Origin: Epiperipatus broadwayi | Taxonomy: Eukaryota; Animalia; Onychophora | NCBI GenBank assembly: GCA_028023455.1 | Contig: JAQFVV010000007.1 | Span: forward strand, 8,308,001 to 8,372,000 | Direction: 5' to 3' | DNA: 64,000 nucleotides | Part shown: positions 1 to 11,750 of the stretch, one piece after another | Position numbering within the stretch: position 1 is the stretch's first letter | Layout of the letters: the number at the start of each line of letters is the position of its first letter | Notes under the pieces: model-generated | Database searches by the model: none | What the model was told of the DNA's origin: nothing | Seen by the model: the letters and a program-made list of their open reading frames with translations, nothing else | Program-made: the position numbers and the translations under genes

Positions 1-1077
1 AAACAAAACAATGGAATTATAAGGCAATATGATTTCCTGTTGCCTTCTTTGTCCAGAAATAGACTCACAACAAGCTTCTCAAAAAATGAACATCCATCTA
101 CCACTTCCTTTTCACTGTTATCACCTATAGTGATCTGCTGACTGGAAAAATGTCATTGCTGATCCATCAGGGTGTTGTCTCATTTAATAGTGGTTAACCC
201 TTGCCATTATACATCCATATACACTGTGACATTTTATAGAAGTAGAGACACCACTATCTCCTTCATCAGTGCCTGATAGTGAATGCTATTCCATTATCAG
301 TGAATGCTTATTTACAGTACTTTGCTTATTTGCAGTTAACCTTCATATCTGAAGGCAATTTCCCTATCTACAATTTGGGGGTACTCTGGGTGGCCTGGAA
401 ATCCTAACTGATTATTATTATTACCATTGATAAATATAATTATTTTTGAATGTCATAACTGTAAAATGAAATTGATATAATGATGCAAAGTAAAATGATC
501 ACTAAAGCATAAAATAGATGATATAACAAGAATTGCATAAAAGAGAGATGAAAATAATGAAAATGGTGTGTTATATGCTCATAAGAAAATATTAGACATT
601 CTATAAATAATTCAAAGAATGAAAGTATTGAATGCAGATATGTGAATATCAAATGGGTGATTGAAAGTGAGATGGATTGATGAAGTTTTTACATGAAGAA
701 TTGTAATCAAACAACTAAATTAAGTTTTTAAAAAAAGGACAAATAATATGATACCACACCTCTTTTAATTCATTTTCCCAATCATTTCACTCTAAGCAGA
801 CCAGTATTACCTTTTGTGATCCAAATCAGTGCCCTTGCTTTTTTTTTTTTTTGTAGTCTTAAACTACAGAAGCATTGCTGAATTTTCCTAGGTTTTCTTA
901 TATAAATATTTTTTCTGCTCTATTCTAGTTGCTATATTGGGTCTAGATTCACTGTAATATATAGTGGAATATCCTGAGCTGTCACACTGCATAGCATAAA
1001 TAAATTGTGATAGTTCTGCTTCATTGATTCTGTCCTAGGATTTATTGAACAATTTATATTTATCTATATATGTAGGC

Positions 1078-1194
1078 TTGAAGTTTATTATATATATATA
1101 TATATATATAATAAACTTCAATATATATATATATATATAGTTTATATATGCTTATATATATATATATATATATATATATAAGCATTATAAACTA
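1078..1194. repeat. Two adjacent palindromes centred on (TA)n tracts
   Basis: TTGAAGTTTATTA(TA)nTAATAAACTTCAA at 1078-1121 and TAGTTTATATATGCTTATA(TA)nTATAAGCATTATAAACTA at 1138-1194. Confidence 0.9.
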
Positions 1195-1202
1195 GTCAAC
1201 AC

Positions 1203-1577
1203 ATGGACAATTCCAATATAGATAACAATAATCTCAAACTGAAGTCAAGACAACCTCCTTATATATATTATATATTTTGTAAGAAGATTTACATAGGTCA
1301 GAGTAGTTTGAGTTTAAATGAAAGAATAAAGGTTCATAAAAGTAGATTTAAAAATAGATATCTTAGTTCTGCTTTGTATGTCCATGAAAAAGATACAGGC
1401 CACACTATTGATTTTGATGAAGCTAAGGTTGTCTTCTTTGAGAGAAATGAAATCAAAAGAAGAATTAAAGAGTCTTTATTATTGAAAATTTATTATTCTG
1501 AAACAATTAACTTATTTAAGAGTTCTTTTAATATTAAGGGTGGATGGGAAGTGAATGGATTTGTGGGTAGTTTTTAA
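1203..1577 (+). pseudogene. GIY-YIG endonuclease fragment of a Penelope-like element (PLE 3' end)
   Basis: The ORF contains IYYIFCKKIYIGQSSLSLNERIKVH...SALYVHEKDTGHTIDF...RRIKESLLL..IN, the PLE GIY-YIG pattern. It is flanked by (TA)n tracts and followed by a degenerate hammerhead motif. Confidence 0.85.
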
Positions 1578-1612
1578 TATATATATATATATATATATTG
1601 TGTAGTTCTTTA

Positions 1613-1650
1613 CACTTGAGACGTCTGCTTGTAGCAGTGAAACCTTAGGT
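1613..1650 (+). ncRNA. Degenerate hammerhead ribozyme motif of the PLE terminus
   Basis: CTTGAGA-CG-TCTGCT-TGT-AGCAG-TGAAAC-CTT: a stem II hairpin CTGCT/AGCAG followed by GAAAC, sitting just after the GIY-YIG ORF where PLE hammerheads usually lie. The catalytic core is mutated. Confidence 0.45.
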
Positions 1651-3570
1651 TGTGTTTTGATATTATTTTTATGCTGGTCTTGTTTAATTTTGGATTTGGG
1701 GTAGTTTTGATATTATATAATGTACAAAAAGTGAGTTTTTGACTTAAATCGTGAAAATGGATAATCATACTGAAGATTCAACAACAAGAATTATCATATA
1801 AACATAGATAAAGTCATGAAGAAAAATAGATAGAAAATAAATAGATTTGATGTTTTAGAAGCTATTTAAGTCAGAGAATGTTGCTGACAAAAATATAATG
1901 ACTAAAGATTTCTTTGAGCATCCTTTGAAATTTTTTACTTCAATAAAGGAGAAGCCATGTCTACTAAAACCAAAATAAGAACAAAATATACTCGCAAGAA
2001 AGTTAGTAATAAGTATATATTAAAGCAGAATCACTATAAAGAATTCAAGATAGATCATATCCTTTGAGTATGAATTTTCCAATTTTTGGATAGAAAAGCT
2101 TCAATGGCTTAGTGCAGAATAATGGATTCAGGAGCTAAAAATCATTAATCTGAAAAGTGATCATGCCACTTCTGTTGTTCAAACATAAAGTGATCTGACC
2201 ATCTAATCACATGATTTTTAATTCTGTGCTATTTAATGAAGAGTAGAGTAATGAAACTGAAAGCTAACATTTCCAGAAACAAAGCATGTTGCTTTAGATG
2301 TTTCAACATCACATGATCTTGAAGTGATTCAGATTGTGATTACATTACAAAAGAAAATTAGACAGCTTATTTACTCATATTTTTATTTAATTTACATGTA
2401 TGCAAATTTATGTACTGATTTTTAACATTGTCATTTCTCTCATTTAATTGGTAAAAGTTAGTCATATATGACACAACTTTTGTATGCTTACAAACTGGTG
2501 TAATAAATAACAATGTGTATTAGATCTGAATTTCTATTTTATGACAATAGGCTTTAGCACAACTTATTAACAGGTTAAAGACCCAAAACTCAAGATATAT
2601 ATGTTTGATGACAGAATTATAATGTGAACAAAATAAAACCTTCCACATATTTGAATACAGGATACTTATTCAAGCTAATTTCACAAATAAGCTACAGAAT
2701 ATTATTGATGGTTTCATAGAAATCATTTAAGTGAAAAAATATGTAAGATACAACTACTTTTTAATATAAGCAGAGTTCATAATCTACTCTTCACATTTTT
2801 ATGACAAATAATATATTAATGTGCCAAAATTGACATTGTGCTAGAATTTTTCCAAATATTTTAATAAAACAAATATCAGATTTTAATGCTAAATTTGATA
2901 AATTTATCACAAATTCACATTTGTTCAATTGCATTTTAAAAAATAAAAAGGACTTTATTTTCTGAAAGAGTGCTAATACTAACATCATTGACACATTTAT
3001 ATTTTTGTTTCTTATTTACAATTCAGTTTTTAAATATTTAAAAAGTTTAAATTTTGTAAAATTAAATTAAAAAGATATCAACTCCAATTTATTGAGTTTT
3101 AATATAAAATTTTATACAAAAATAAAAAGTCAAGCATTTTCAAAAACTTCCACCAGATGAAAAAATAAAAAATGTCAAATTATTAAAAGATTAAGTTTTA
3201 TAGTTATATATTTAAAAAATGTGTATTAGTTCTCTTGCTGTTTGTTTCTAGTAAACTCATTGATGGCTTTAACTCACTCTAAAATCGGAAATTTTTACAT
3301 TACCGTAGTAAATTTACACTTGTTTTAAAGCTTACAAAGTACTGTAAGATGCTGCCCTCTCTAGAATTATTTTACAAGTAAAAAATCAATAATATTTACA
3401 TGTGTCAATAATTTTCACCACTCCAACTTCTTTGTTTTGATTTTGAAAACAAAAATGAATGTTTTAGAGTATTTTTCTAGTATTTTTTTTACATATCATA
3501 AATTATTTTGATAAAATATGATGAAAATAAAATTATTTTAGAAAAAGATTTTAGTAAAAATTATTTATTA

Positions 3571-3820
3571 TACATTTAAAAATCAGCCATTCAAACTATT
3601 CTGCATGCTCTTTTTATGAGTGTTAATAATAAATGAATACTTTCATTCCCAACATAAGATATAGTATTTATGAAAGAATAAAATGAATCCACTTATTCTT
3701 TCCAACCCAAATGCTTATATATGGGCAAATCTTAAGTACTGGAAATGAAAGTATTCATTTATTATTAACACTCGTAAAAAGCACTTGCACAATAGCTTGA
3801 AAGGCTGATCTTTAAATGTA
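3571..3820. mobile_element. MITE-like fold-back element with ~90-bp inverted arms and probable TA TSD
   Basis: 3571-3660 is the reverse complement of 3731-3820 at roughly 85% identity. The ends read TA|CATTTAAA...TTTAAATG|TA. Confidence 0.7.
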
Positions 3821-3939
3821 TTAAAATTATAAACATATCGCTATATAAAATAAATGCTTAAAAATTATTTACTTTTACATGAACGTAAATTGAGAAAGAA
3901 AATCACTAGTGTACTCAACATTTTCTAATAGGTTATGAA

Positions 3940-4190
3940 CATTCTTTTTAGATTTTACACTATAAAATATTTTTATAATTATAAATAAAAATTTATTTTT
4001 GAAAAAACTTTCATTTACTTTCATATTCTGACAAATTATTAATTTGCTTTTTACAAATGAAACTAAAATGAATATAATATTAAAAAATGAATATATATTT
4101 TACTGCTGATTCTGTAATTGACCAATCAAAAGTTTAGTTTTAACTCACTCAGTAAAGCAGATTTTGTATGATAAGATGGTTAGATTTCTT
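3940..4190 (+). repeat. Dispersed AT-rich repeat, copy 1 (second copy ~24820-25060)
   Basis: Shared core GTAATTGACCAATCAAAAGTTT plus collinear AT-rich flanks. Confidence 0.55.
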
Positions 4191-4789
4191 TATATTCAGA
4201 AGATTGAATTAAAATATTGTGATTGACCAGTAGATCACCTATTTGAATATGACCAACATAAAAATATAAGGTACTAAGATGTTGAATGAAGCACAAAGCA
4301 AATGTAATTTATTATCTTTCAGTAGTTTGTAAACAAATTAGAAAATAAAAAAAAATGTAAGTGTATTAAAAAATATTAAAAAAATCATTAAAAACAGAAT
4401 ATTTTTTTCAGATTTTACAATAAAAGTGTGGGATAATCATGCTCAAAAATTTACAAGACAGATTCTTAAAGAAACCTTAACATATACTTGGAACATATGT
4501 TCAACTTTTTATATTAATGCTAATCTATACACAATTGGTGTTAATTGCAAGTATATTTAAATGATTCTTTGTGAGTCTGACTTGTAAATTTCTAACCATG
4601 ACCACTATGTCACACATTTATGTGAAACATAGAGAAATTTTATTTTTTACTTTTTAATGCACTTATATATAAATATAAAAAATTTTAAAAATATATTTTT
4701 CATTTTCTACCTTTTAGCTTAATATAGTTTCAAAAATTAGGAATGAAAAGTTTTGATACAATTTAATATCACTAGATGACAGTTTTGTA

Positions 4790-5036
4790 AAAAGAAAGTA
4801 GGTTTTTGGTTTTTATGCTGGGTTGGGAAAAGATAAGGAGAATTTATATATAAAAGAAATGGAGTTGACAAAGAGTATGTTGTAGAAATAGGATGGAACA
4901 AAATAGATAAATATGGAATAAACTTAGGGTGGGGAATGGAAAGGGAAGGTAAAGTGGCTAACAAGTTTCTCTGACATAGTGATTGAGAGAATCCTGACAC
5001 TGAAAAGGGAAAAACCACATGGCATTGCATCACATC
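4790..5036 (+). mobile_element. 3' fragment of a non-LTR retrotransposon, (CATCA)n-tailed family
   Basis: Homologous to 23290-23920, 23921-24665, 29358-31030 (minus) and 47452-47789. Ends GCATTGCATCACATC. Confidence 0.8.
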
Positions 5037-8000
5037 CAATATAAAATTTAAAATTTAAAATTTTCATTCATTTTTTTTTGCTAAAATTGTTTGCAAACTC
5101 TAAAAACATGTATTGGCAATGTTTCAGCTAAATATAAAAGTGGATTAAATTGAGTTACAACATTGTATAAACAGACAAAAGAAAGTTAAATTAAAGAAAA
5201 CATTTGTTGTTGTTTTTTTTAAAAAAGGCTATACTTTTCCAAATTATAACAAATTTCAGATAGCCATTTTGAAAATTTGAAGTAATAGTGCAGATAATAA
5301 TGATAGTAACCATAATGTACATATAATTATATTAATGCTTCTTACAAAGAAAAATATATGGTTAATGTTAAATATAAACTTAATGCAATTTTGATACATA
5401 GAATCCACTCATGAGACACCAAAAATGCATTAACATATTTAATGTTATCAATATGTTCTCCAAGTACACACATTAGATATAACTGCTTATAGATTATATT
5501 TTAATAACAGAGTTGCCATTATTTACTACAATAACAATAGTTTTAAAAGTAAATGAACATAAATATTTAGATATTATTTTAGATGCTAAATTATACTTCT
5601 TTATAATTCTGTTAGTGGGCTAATCTTCAGAGCAATAAAATTCTTAACAGAGAGGATTATGAACACCATTTTATGTTTGTAGTTTTTCTTATTCTAAAGT
5701 ATGACAATATTTTTGGAAACCTGAAAGAACACAGCATCAAATGTAATACAATTTATAAATTATTATACAAAAAATTATCATAATAAAATGTATTAATAAA
5801 ATTTCTTGCAGTATTACTGAGATGTGTTTAAAATATGGAAAATATTTGTCACTTGCTAATGTTGTGACTAAATGTTTATGAGATTTAGCATTATTTAGGC
5901 TTCCAACATTATTTAGTGCTTTATATCAATATGTTAATATTTCTGCATTTCAATGGTTTTTCATTCTTCCAGTGGTGACAATTTGAGTTAAATAGTTCAA
6001 CAATTTAACTTAGTATAACAACCCTCTATTTAATATTATAAATCAATAAATTCTACTTGATTTATTAGAAATATAAATTTACAAATGAAAAACATCCTAA
6101 AAAATTTGTTTTTACTAGATATAAGAAAAAAATTATAATAATAAAGTGAAACATAATGAAAGCAATTACTTTTTTTATTTGCTGACAATTGCAGCATTAT
6201 TAAAAAATTTAAATTAAAGAAATCTTTGTTAATCAACATAAACCTATAAAATTCTGATCTAAAATTTAAATTGCAGTTATAAATATCAAAATATCTTAAA
6301 AGTTCCGTGCCACAGTGTTTAACTGAGTATAATGTCTGGTTTGCTTTCAAAATTCTTAACTTGGATTTTTAAAAAATGGACATATTTAAAAAATAATTAA
6401 ATATAATCATGAAAATATTTATTTTTTTAATAATAATTATATAATTATTTTTTAAAAACCTACAAAAGTATACATTTTGTTTGTTTCTTTGACAAGTTTA
6501 TTTATACATCCAAGATCAAAAAACTGACCAATCAGTTACTTTCTAAACTTTTGTTGCTCACTTTCACTTTTCTCTGAGGACTCCTGACATCTTCAGATTT
6601 TTAAAAAATAAATATTTAAATAATTTCTAATTTTTATTGTCAAATGAAATTAAATTGTTAAAAATAGCTCTAAGAATAATTTAAAGCAGGTATACAATAG
6701 CAGCATTGCAATATTTGGCAAAGTTACAGAACTCAGAATCACAAAATTAAAATTTGTCAATTATTGTAGTGAATAAAACAAAAAGTGTAATCCAATATAT
6801 GTATAAACAATTTTAAAATGTTTGAAAAACTGTGATCATTATATGCATGTACAAGTATGGACATGTGTTCTGATTTTTTCTTGAATGTATGTGTACATTT
6901 TTTGTATTATTCTTGTTTTTTTCTATTTTACATTTTTTCTGTTAATGATAGTGTTTTCAATTTAGGTTTTGTATCTATGCTGATAGAAGGTATTGGTTTG
7001 AATAAATTTAATAATTAAGCACATTTCTGCATAGTTCACTATCATGATAAAATGTTAAAAGCGAAATCTCAAGGTTTATAATTGATTCTCAATTCAATAA
7101 TTAAAAAAAATATCAAATTGGAACATTTGGATATATGATCTCCCAAATACCTAATTATAAGTCACTGAATCTTATCATTCCTTTATCCCCCCCTCTTTTC
7201 TTCCATAGTGTAAGCTTGTAGTTAAACACCTGTAGAGGTCCCTACTATCACAATTTACATGCATATGTTCGAGGTTACAGCCTCAGTAAATATTACTTAT
7301 TATTTCATATAAATTAAATTTATACACCTTACTCTGAATGTTTAATTGTAAACTCTTTTTATATATAATATGACATTTCAATAGTCCTGTGGTCTTCATC
7401 AGCTTTATGATACAACAATTTATCATTGTAGAATAGAAAGGTAAATATAAAAGAACAATTATTAATAACAAAAAATGAATAAGAAACATAATATAATTTA
7501 AAAATAAATAGAATACATTTTTAGTAAATGTATGATGTTGAATCAAAAATATAAATTAAGATAAAATCATAAGTATTTTATCAATTTGGAGATTAAGAAG
7601 GTTATAGTTTTATAATTGATAGAATACATAATAATCAGTAATTATTAAAGATATTAAAAAAATAAAAGCAATACAATGCACTTAAATTATTTTTTATTTG
7701 TTAAATATATATACCTCAGGAATATCCATGTATATTTTGCATATATGTTATATTTAAATTTAATATTGTACATTTTAATTTAATATTATCTAGATTATTT
7801 GATTTGGTTTTTATTCCATTTAATTTTTTCACTTATTTCATTATTTTATTTGTTATATTATTTTATCTTATTTCATTGCACATGGTAGCATAGCTCTATG
7901 AAAGACTTCAGGGCATAAATTAATTTCGCAATAAAGTATTCAATATAATGTGTGTAGATTGTATTCAACAAACTATATCATTACTTATAATAAACACTGC

Positions 8001-8149
8001 TAAAAATAAAAGTTAAATAATGGGAAGCTAAAATAAATGTACACAAGATATATAAATATATGTGGAAGCATCTGCTACATTTTATTATAGAAAAGTCACA
8101 GTCAGATATAAAGATACAATGACTAATAAAAAAAAAATGTAAATGCTTA

Positions 8150-8422
8150 ATGAATACAAAGAGGGAAACCTTTTCTAAATAAAATCGTTTGTTATTATAT
8201 AGAGATGAAACACTACGGAAAACATATATAAGCTTAAGGAAACAGTCTCACAACTTTCCCTACTTTCTTCATTACAATAGACTCTTCCACAAATAGTCGA
8301 ATGTTATAAAATAATTTTTTTTCACGTCATAGCATCGCCCGGGACGCGAACTCACAACAGTCTGCAACCAACTACTTGCTTGCAAGACAGCTGCGATGAC
8401 CTCTCGGCTAACAACGCTTGAC
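8150..8422 (-). mobile_element. tRNA-derived SINE, young copy with CpG-rich head
   Basis: The minus strand reads GTCAAGCGTTG-TTAGCCGAGAGG (A-box) ... GAGTTCGCGTCCC (B-box). The AT-rich body matches an older plus-strand copy at ~8715-8885. Confidence 0.7.
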
Positions 8423-8714
8423 TAAAATAATTATTTTAAAACAGATTATATAGTTGAAATATTTTTAAATATGTACAAATATCGTTTAATCGTCAGAATC
8501 TTCAACCATTATTGATTCTTCAATCATTATTGATTCATTGCAGAATGAAACTCTCTCCAAGTTCAATTCCTCTTTTACAATCTCTAGTCTCACTCTTCCA
8601 CATCACCCCAGCACAGTTCCTTGTTTCATCATCCATCTCATGTATGGACTTTTTCTAGGTCTTTAACAATCTCTTGAAATTATATTATATTTCAACTATA
8701 CAATTTTGTTTTTA

Positions 8715-8885
8715 AAAAAAATATTATTTTATAATATTTGATTGTCAGTGGAAGAGACTACTATAATAAAGAAAATACTAATTGTTGTGAGACTTTGCTT
8801 CCTTAAACTTTTATATGTTTAGTGTAGTACTTTATCTCTATATAATAACAAAAGACTGCTTTTAGAAAATGTTTCCTTTTCAATG
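8715..8885 (+). mobile_element. Headless older copy of the same SINE body
   Basis: Collinear with the reverse complement of 8160-8320 (GTGGAAGAG...TGTGAGACT...TCTCTATATAATAACAAA...TAGAAAA.GTTTCC). Confidence 0.65.
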
Positions 8886-9159
8886 CAAAAAGAATTTACA
8901 GTTAACTATTTTCCAATGTTCACTGTCTATTAACATCTGACTGTGATTTTTCTGTAGTAATATATATCAAATATTTCCACATATTTAAAATTATCTCAAA
9001 TATATATAAATATATGTCATGAGTACATCCAATTATTGCAATTTCATCTAAAGGTGTGAAACTTTGGGCACTCACAATGATGATACCATTCTCCACAGAT
9101 AAAACATTAATCTTTGTTACTAATCATTTACAAAGTCGAAAATTATCACTTCATTCCTA

Positions 9160-9316
9160 GACCATATAAATCCCGACCAAGTGATGAGTTCTGGTTCAGT
9201 ATGAGATACATATATTGAAGATCATTTATCTTTTTCACATAAAAGTAATCATGTGTACCAGTTGTTTAAGATGAAGTGCATGACTCAAGAAACTTGAAAG
9301 TCTGGGTTCAAATCCT
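9160..9316 (+). mobile_element. Hammerhead-bearing short repeat, subfamily A (degenerate)
   Basis: GACCAA-GTGATGAG-TTCTG-GTT-CAGTA-TGAGA-TACATA-TA-TTG followed ~100 nt later by CTGGGTTCAAATCC. Homologous to 26428-26620 and 48480-48680. Confidence 0.6.
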
Positions 9317-10499
9317 CTATAATTATACCTATTATTATTAAACATAACCACATAAAATAATTAATTCAATTGCACCCCTTTATTCTTCATAAGTAGGATC
9401 TTAAATATACTTACAATTTCGCAATTCACCACAAATGGTTTAACAGCATAGAGATGTTTGAAAAAAAAAAGTGAACAACCTCAGGGTAAAAAGTATGGCT
9501 TTGGCATAAAATTCATCTTGGGGGTGCATCATTTTTATTCATCTAATTAAATGTGGCGAAATGAAAGGTTATAGTATATACACAGTATCATGAATATTTA
9601 TTTATATCACATATATGGCATGAAAATCTTGAATTATATAATATAATAATTATATACAATAACAAATGCAAGTTTTAAATAAACGCAGAAGCGTTCAACT
9701 GGCATCTCTTTTACACTTACTGTTTTCTTGCTTCAATTCATTTAACAATAATTGTTTGTGGATACCTTATATCTTTTGAACTAAAAAGATGTTTTTCTTC
9801 CAATTAAAACCACTCAGTCATAGGAAATGTACAATTAAATGGGAAACCTTTGAAAACTTTCTCAACAGAAGAATCCTTTAAATGTTGACTATTTTTTTTT
9901 TGTTAAGTATTTGCATAATAAAAACACACACACATACAAGAACTTTAGTTTAATTCTAATTAAATATAATTTATAAAAAATAAATTCTTTCAATTCACAG
10001 ATAATAATAATAAAAAGAAAAAATACGGAGAATTGTAATTTAGTAAAGACATAGAGAGAAATTATAGCAAAAACTCTTCGATTTAATTCCACAGCGCAGT
10101 GAGAGTAGTATTTTAATTATTGCTAATGAAAAAAAATAATAATAACGCAATGAATACTTTAATATTATTAGAGAAATAATTAGAAAAATGTTGTAAACAA
10201 ACTTGTTATACGTGAAAGTGCACATACAATAAAGATAATATTTTTTAAAAAATTACAAATGCTGATTATATATGCACATATACATAAGTAGAATTTTTTT
10301 CAATAACAGGAACAATAATAGAAGTTTAAAATAAATACAAAGAATATCCCAATAAAAAGGTGACTGGTTCTATACTCAACCTCTCTATAGTACGATTCTT
10401 GAATCATCACGTGTTAAGTAGTGACATAATTGAGTTATTCTTGACACAAATTTTAAGACGCTAGTGTGTACTGAACAATATTAAAGATCTATGTAAGAG

Positions 10500-10695
10500 A
10501 TTATGATCAGGAATATCTGATGAGGGTTGTTTCATTATGAAGTGTGTATCTTGGAGATCAACATTTTTTTTCAGATCGTTGGTCATATGTTTGCGATTAT
10601 ACTCCTCCACAAGTGTTAAAAGCAGATAGAAACCAGTCCCCTATCTTGAGTGAAAGTGGTGTAGTGAAAATTACACTACAGAAATTTATTCATTA
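10500..10695 (+). mobile_element. Hammerhead-bearing short repeat, subfamily B (degenerate)
   Basis: CTGATGAG...TGAAG-TGTGTA-TC-TTGGAGATC, then a tail AGCAGATAGAAACCAGTC..TATCTTG...GGTGTAG.GAAAATT.CAC shared with 13925-14120. Confidence 0.55.
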
Positions 10696-10849
10696 AATGC
10701 ACAATCTCTAGTCTAATAAATGACTAATAAAAATTATTAATATACTTCCATTATTGGGCATCTATATTGTAACAGTCACATTTGTACACCCATGCAACAA
10801 AATTCAGAGTCCAGGCAAAATACACCAAAGCTGGTCAGAATGAAATAAC

Positions 10850-11750
10850 TGAGACCTCTGATTTGACCAAACATCAACTCATTTGCTAGTACTTCATGAT
10901 TTAACACCCTATGATGACATTTCTGAAATTACACAGGGTCTCAATTTAACTGTGAGCTGGCATAGGACAGAGAGAAACAGACTCAATAAATAAATACGGA
11001 CTTAACTAAATGGATGGAGAAGAGTGAAACACACTATTTATTTTAACTACAGAATTATATACTTAGCATATAAAATCATTAAGAAATTGGGATAATAGAA
11101 TATGGATTGAATAAGATAATATGGATTGGTTTGAAATAGACCATGAGCAAGAAAGATATGAAACAATTTATAATTTTAAAATGTTTATTAAAACAATAAC
11201 AAATGATATAAAATAAGTAGCACAATGGCAAGGATTATATGTCCTTAAATATGTGTATTTAATACATGTAGCATTTTCACAGTGAATGAGACTGTTATCA
11301 GTACAGCTGTCTCATATTAATATATTACAATAAATGTATATGTGGTTCATAAATCAGGCCTAATTATATAACATACCCATCCTATTGTTCTTGGTTTGCT
11401 AAAGTTATAAGTTGATAGACTAGAAGAGATGATGAATACATATAACTCTAAGGTGGCTGTTATATATATTAATAAGGTGAGCTAATAAATAAGCTCAAGA
11501 TCATGCAGATTCAATCTGATAACCAAGATTTAAACTTCAGTCTAAAGCTGCATAATTAATTAATAAGGAGGAAAAGAACAGTTACATTTAAATTCACATA
11601 TTTATGCTATGGTGCTTTATAAAATACTAAAATTAGTTTGCAGTGTGAGTGAGTACTTATTCAGGAGCTTCGGCATTGAATGCTCAGTTGCCCTGATACC
11701 AGACGGTTTATTGCCATTTGTATAACATATAAGTTCAGGAAATCAGACTT
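10850..11750 (+). repeat. Old dispersed repeat of ~0.9 kb, unclassified (second copy ~31030-32050)
   Basis: Collinear shared blocks such as ACATTTCTGA..TTACACA..GGTCTCAATTT, GAGCAAGAAAGATATGAAA, CAGATTCA.TCT.ATAACCAA and GCTGCATA.TTA.T. Confidence 0.55.

Noticed and set aside
1-400. Moderately GC-richer stretch with short protein-like minus-strand frames
   Set aside because: All frames are interrupted and no motif is recognisable. It cannot be called an exon or a TE.
9700-9900. Minus-strand frame KDSSVEKVFKGFPFNCTFP... ending at a GTAAGT donor-like site
   Set aside because: Two internal stops, no acceptor and no recognised homology. At most a decayed TE gene.
440-10225. Numerous 60-105 aa ORFs rich in F/I/L/Y/K from the ORF track, here and throughout the window
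   Set aside because: Expected by chance in very AT-rich DNA. Many are antisense shadows of TE ORFs.
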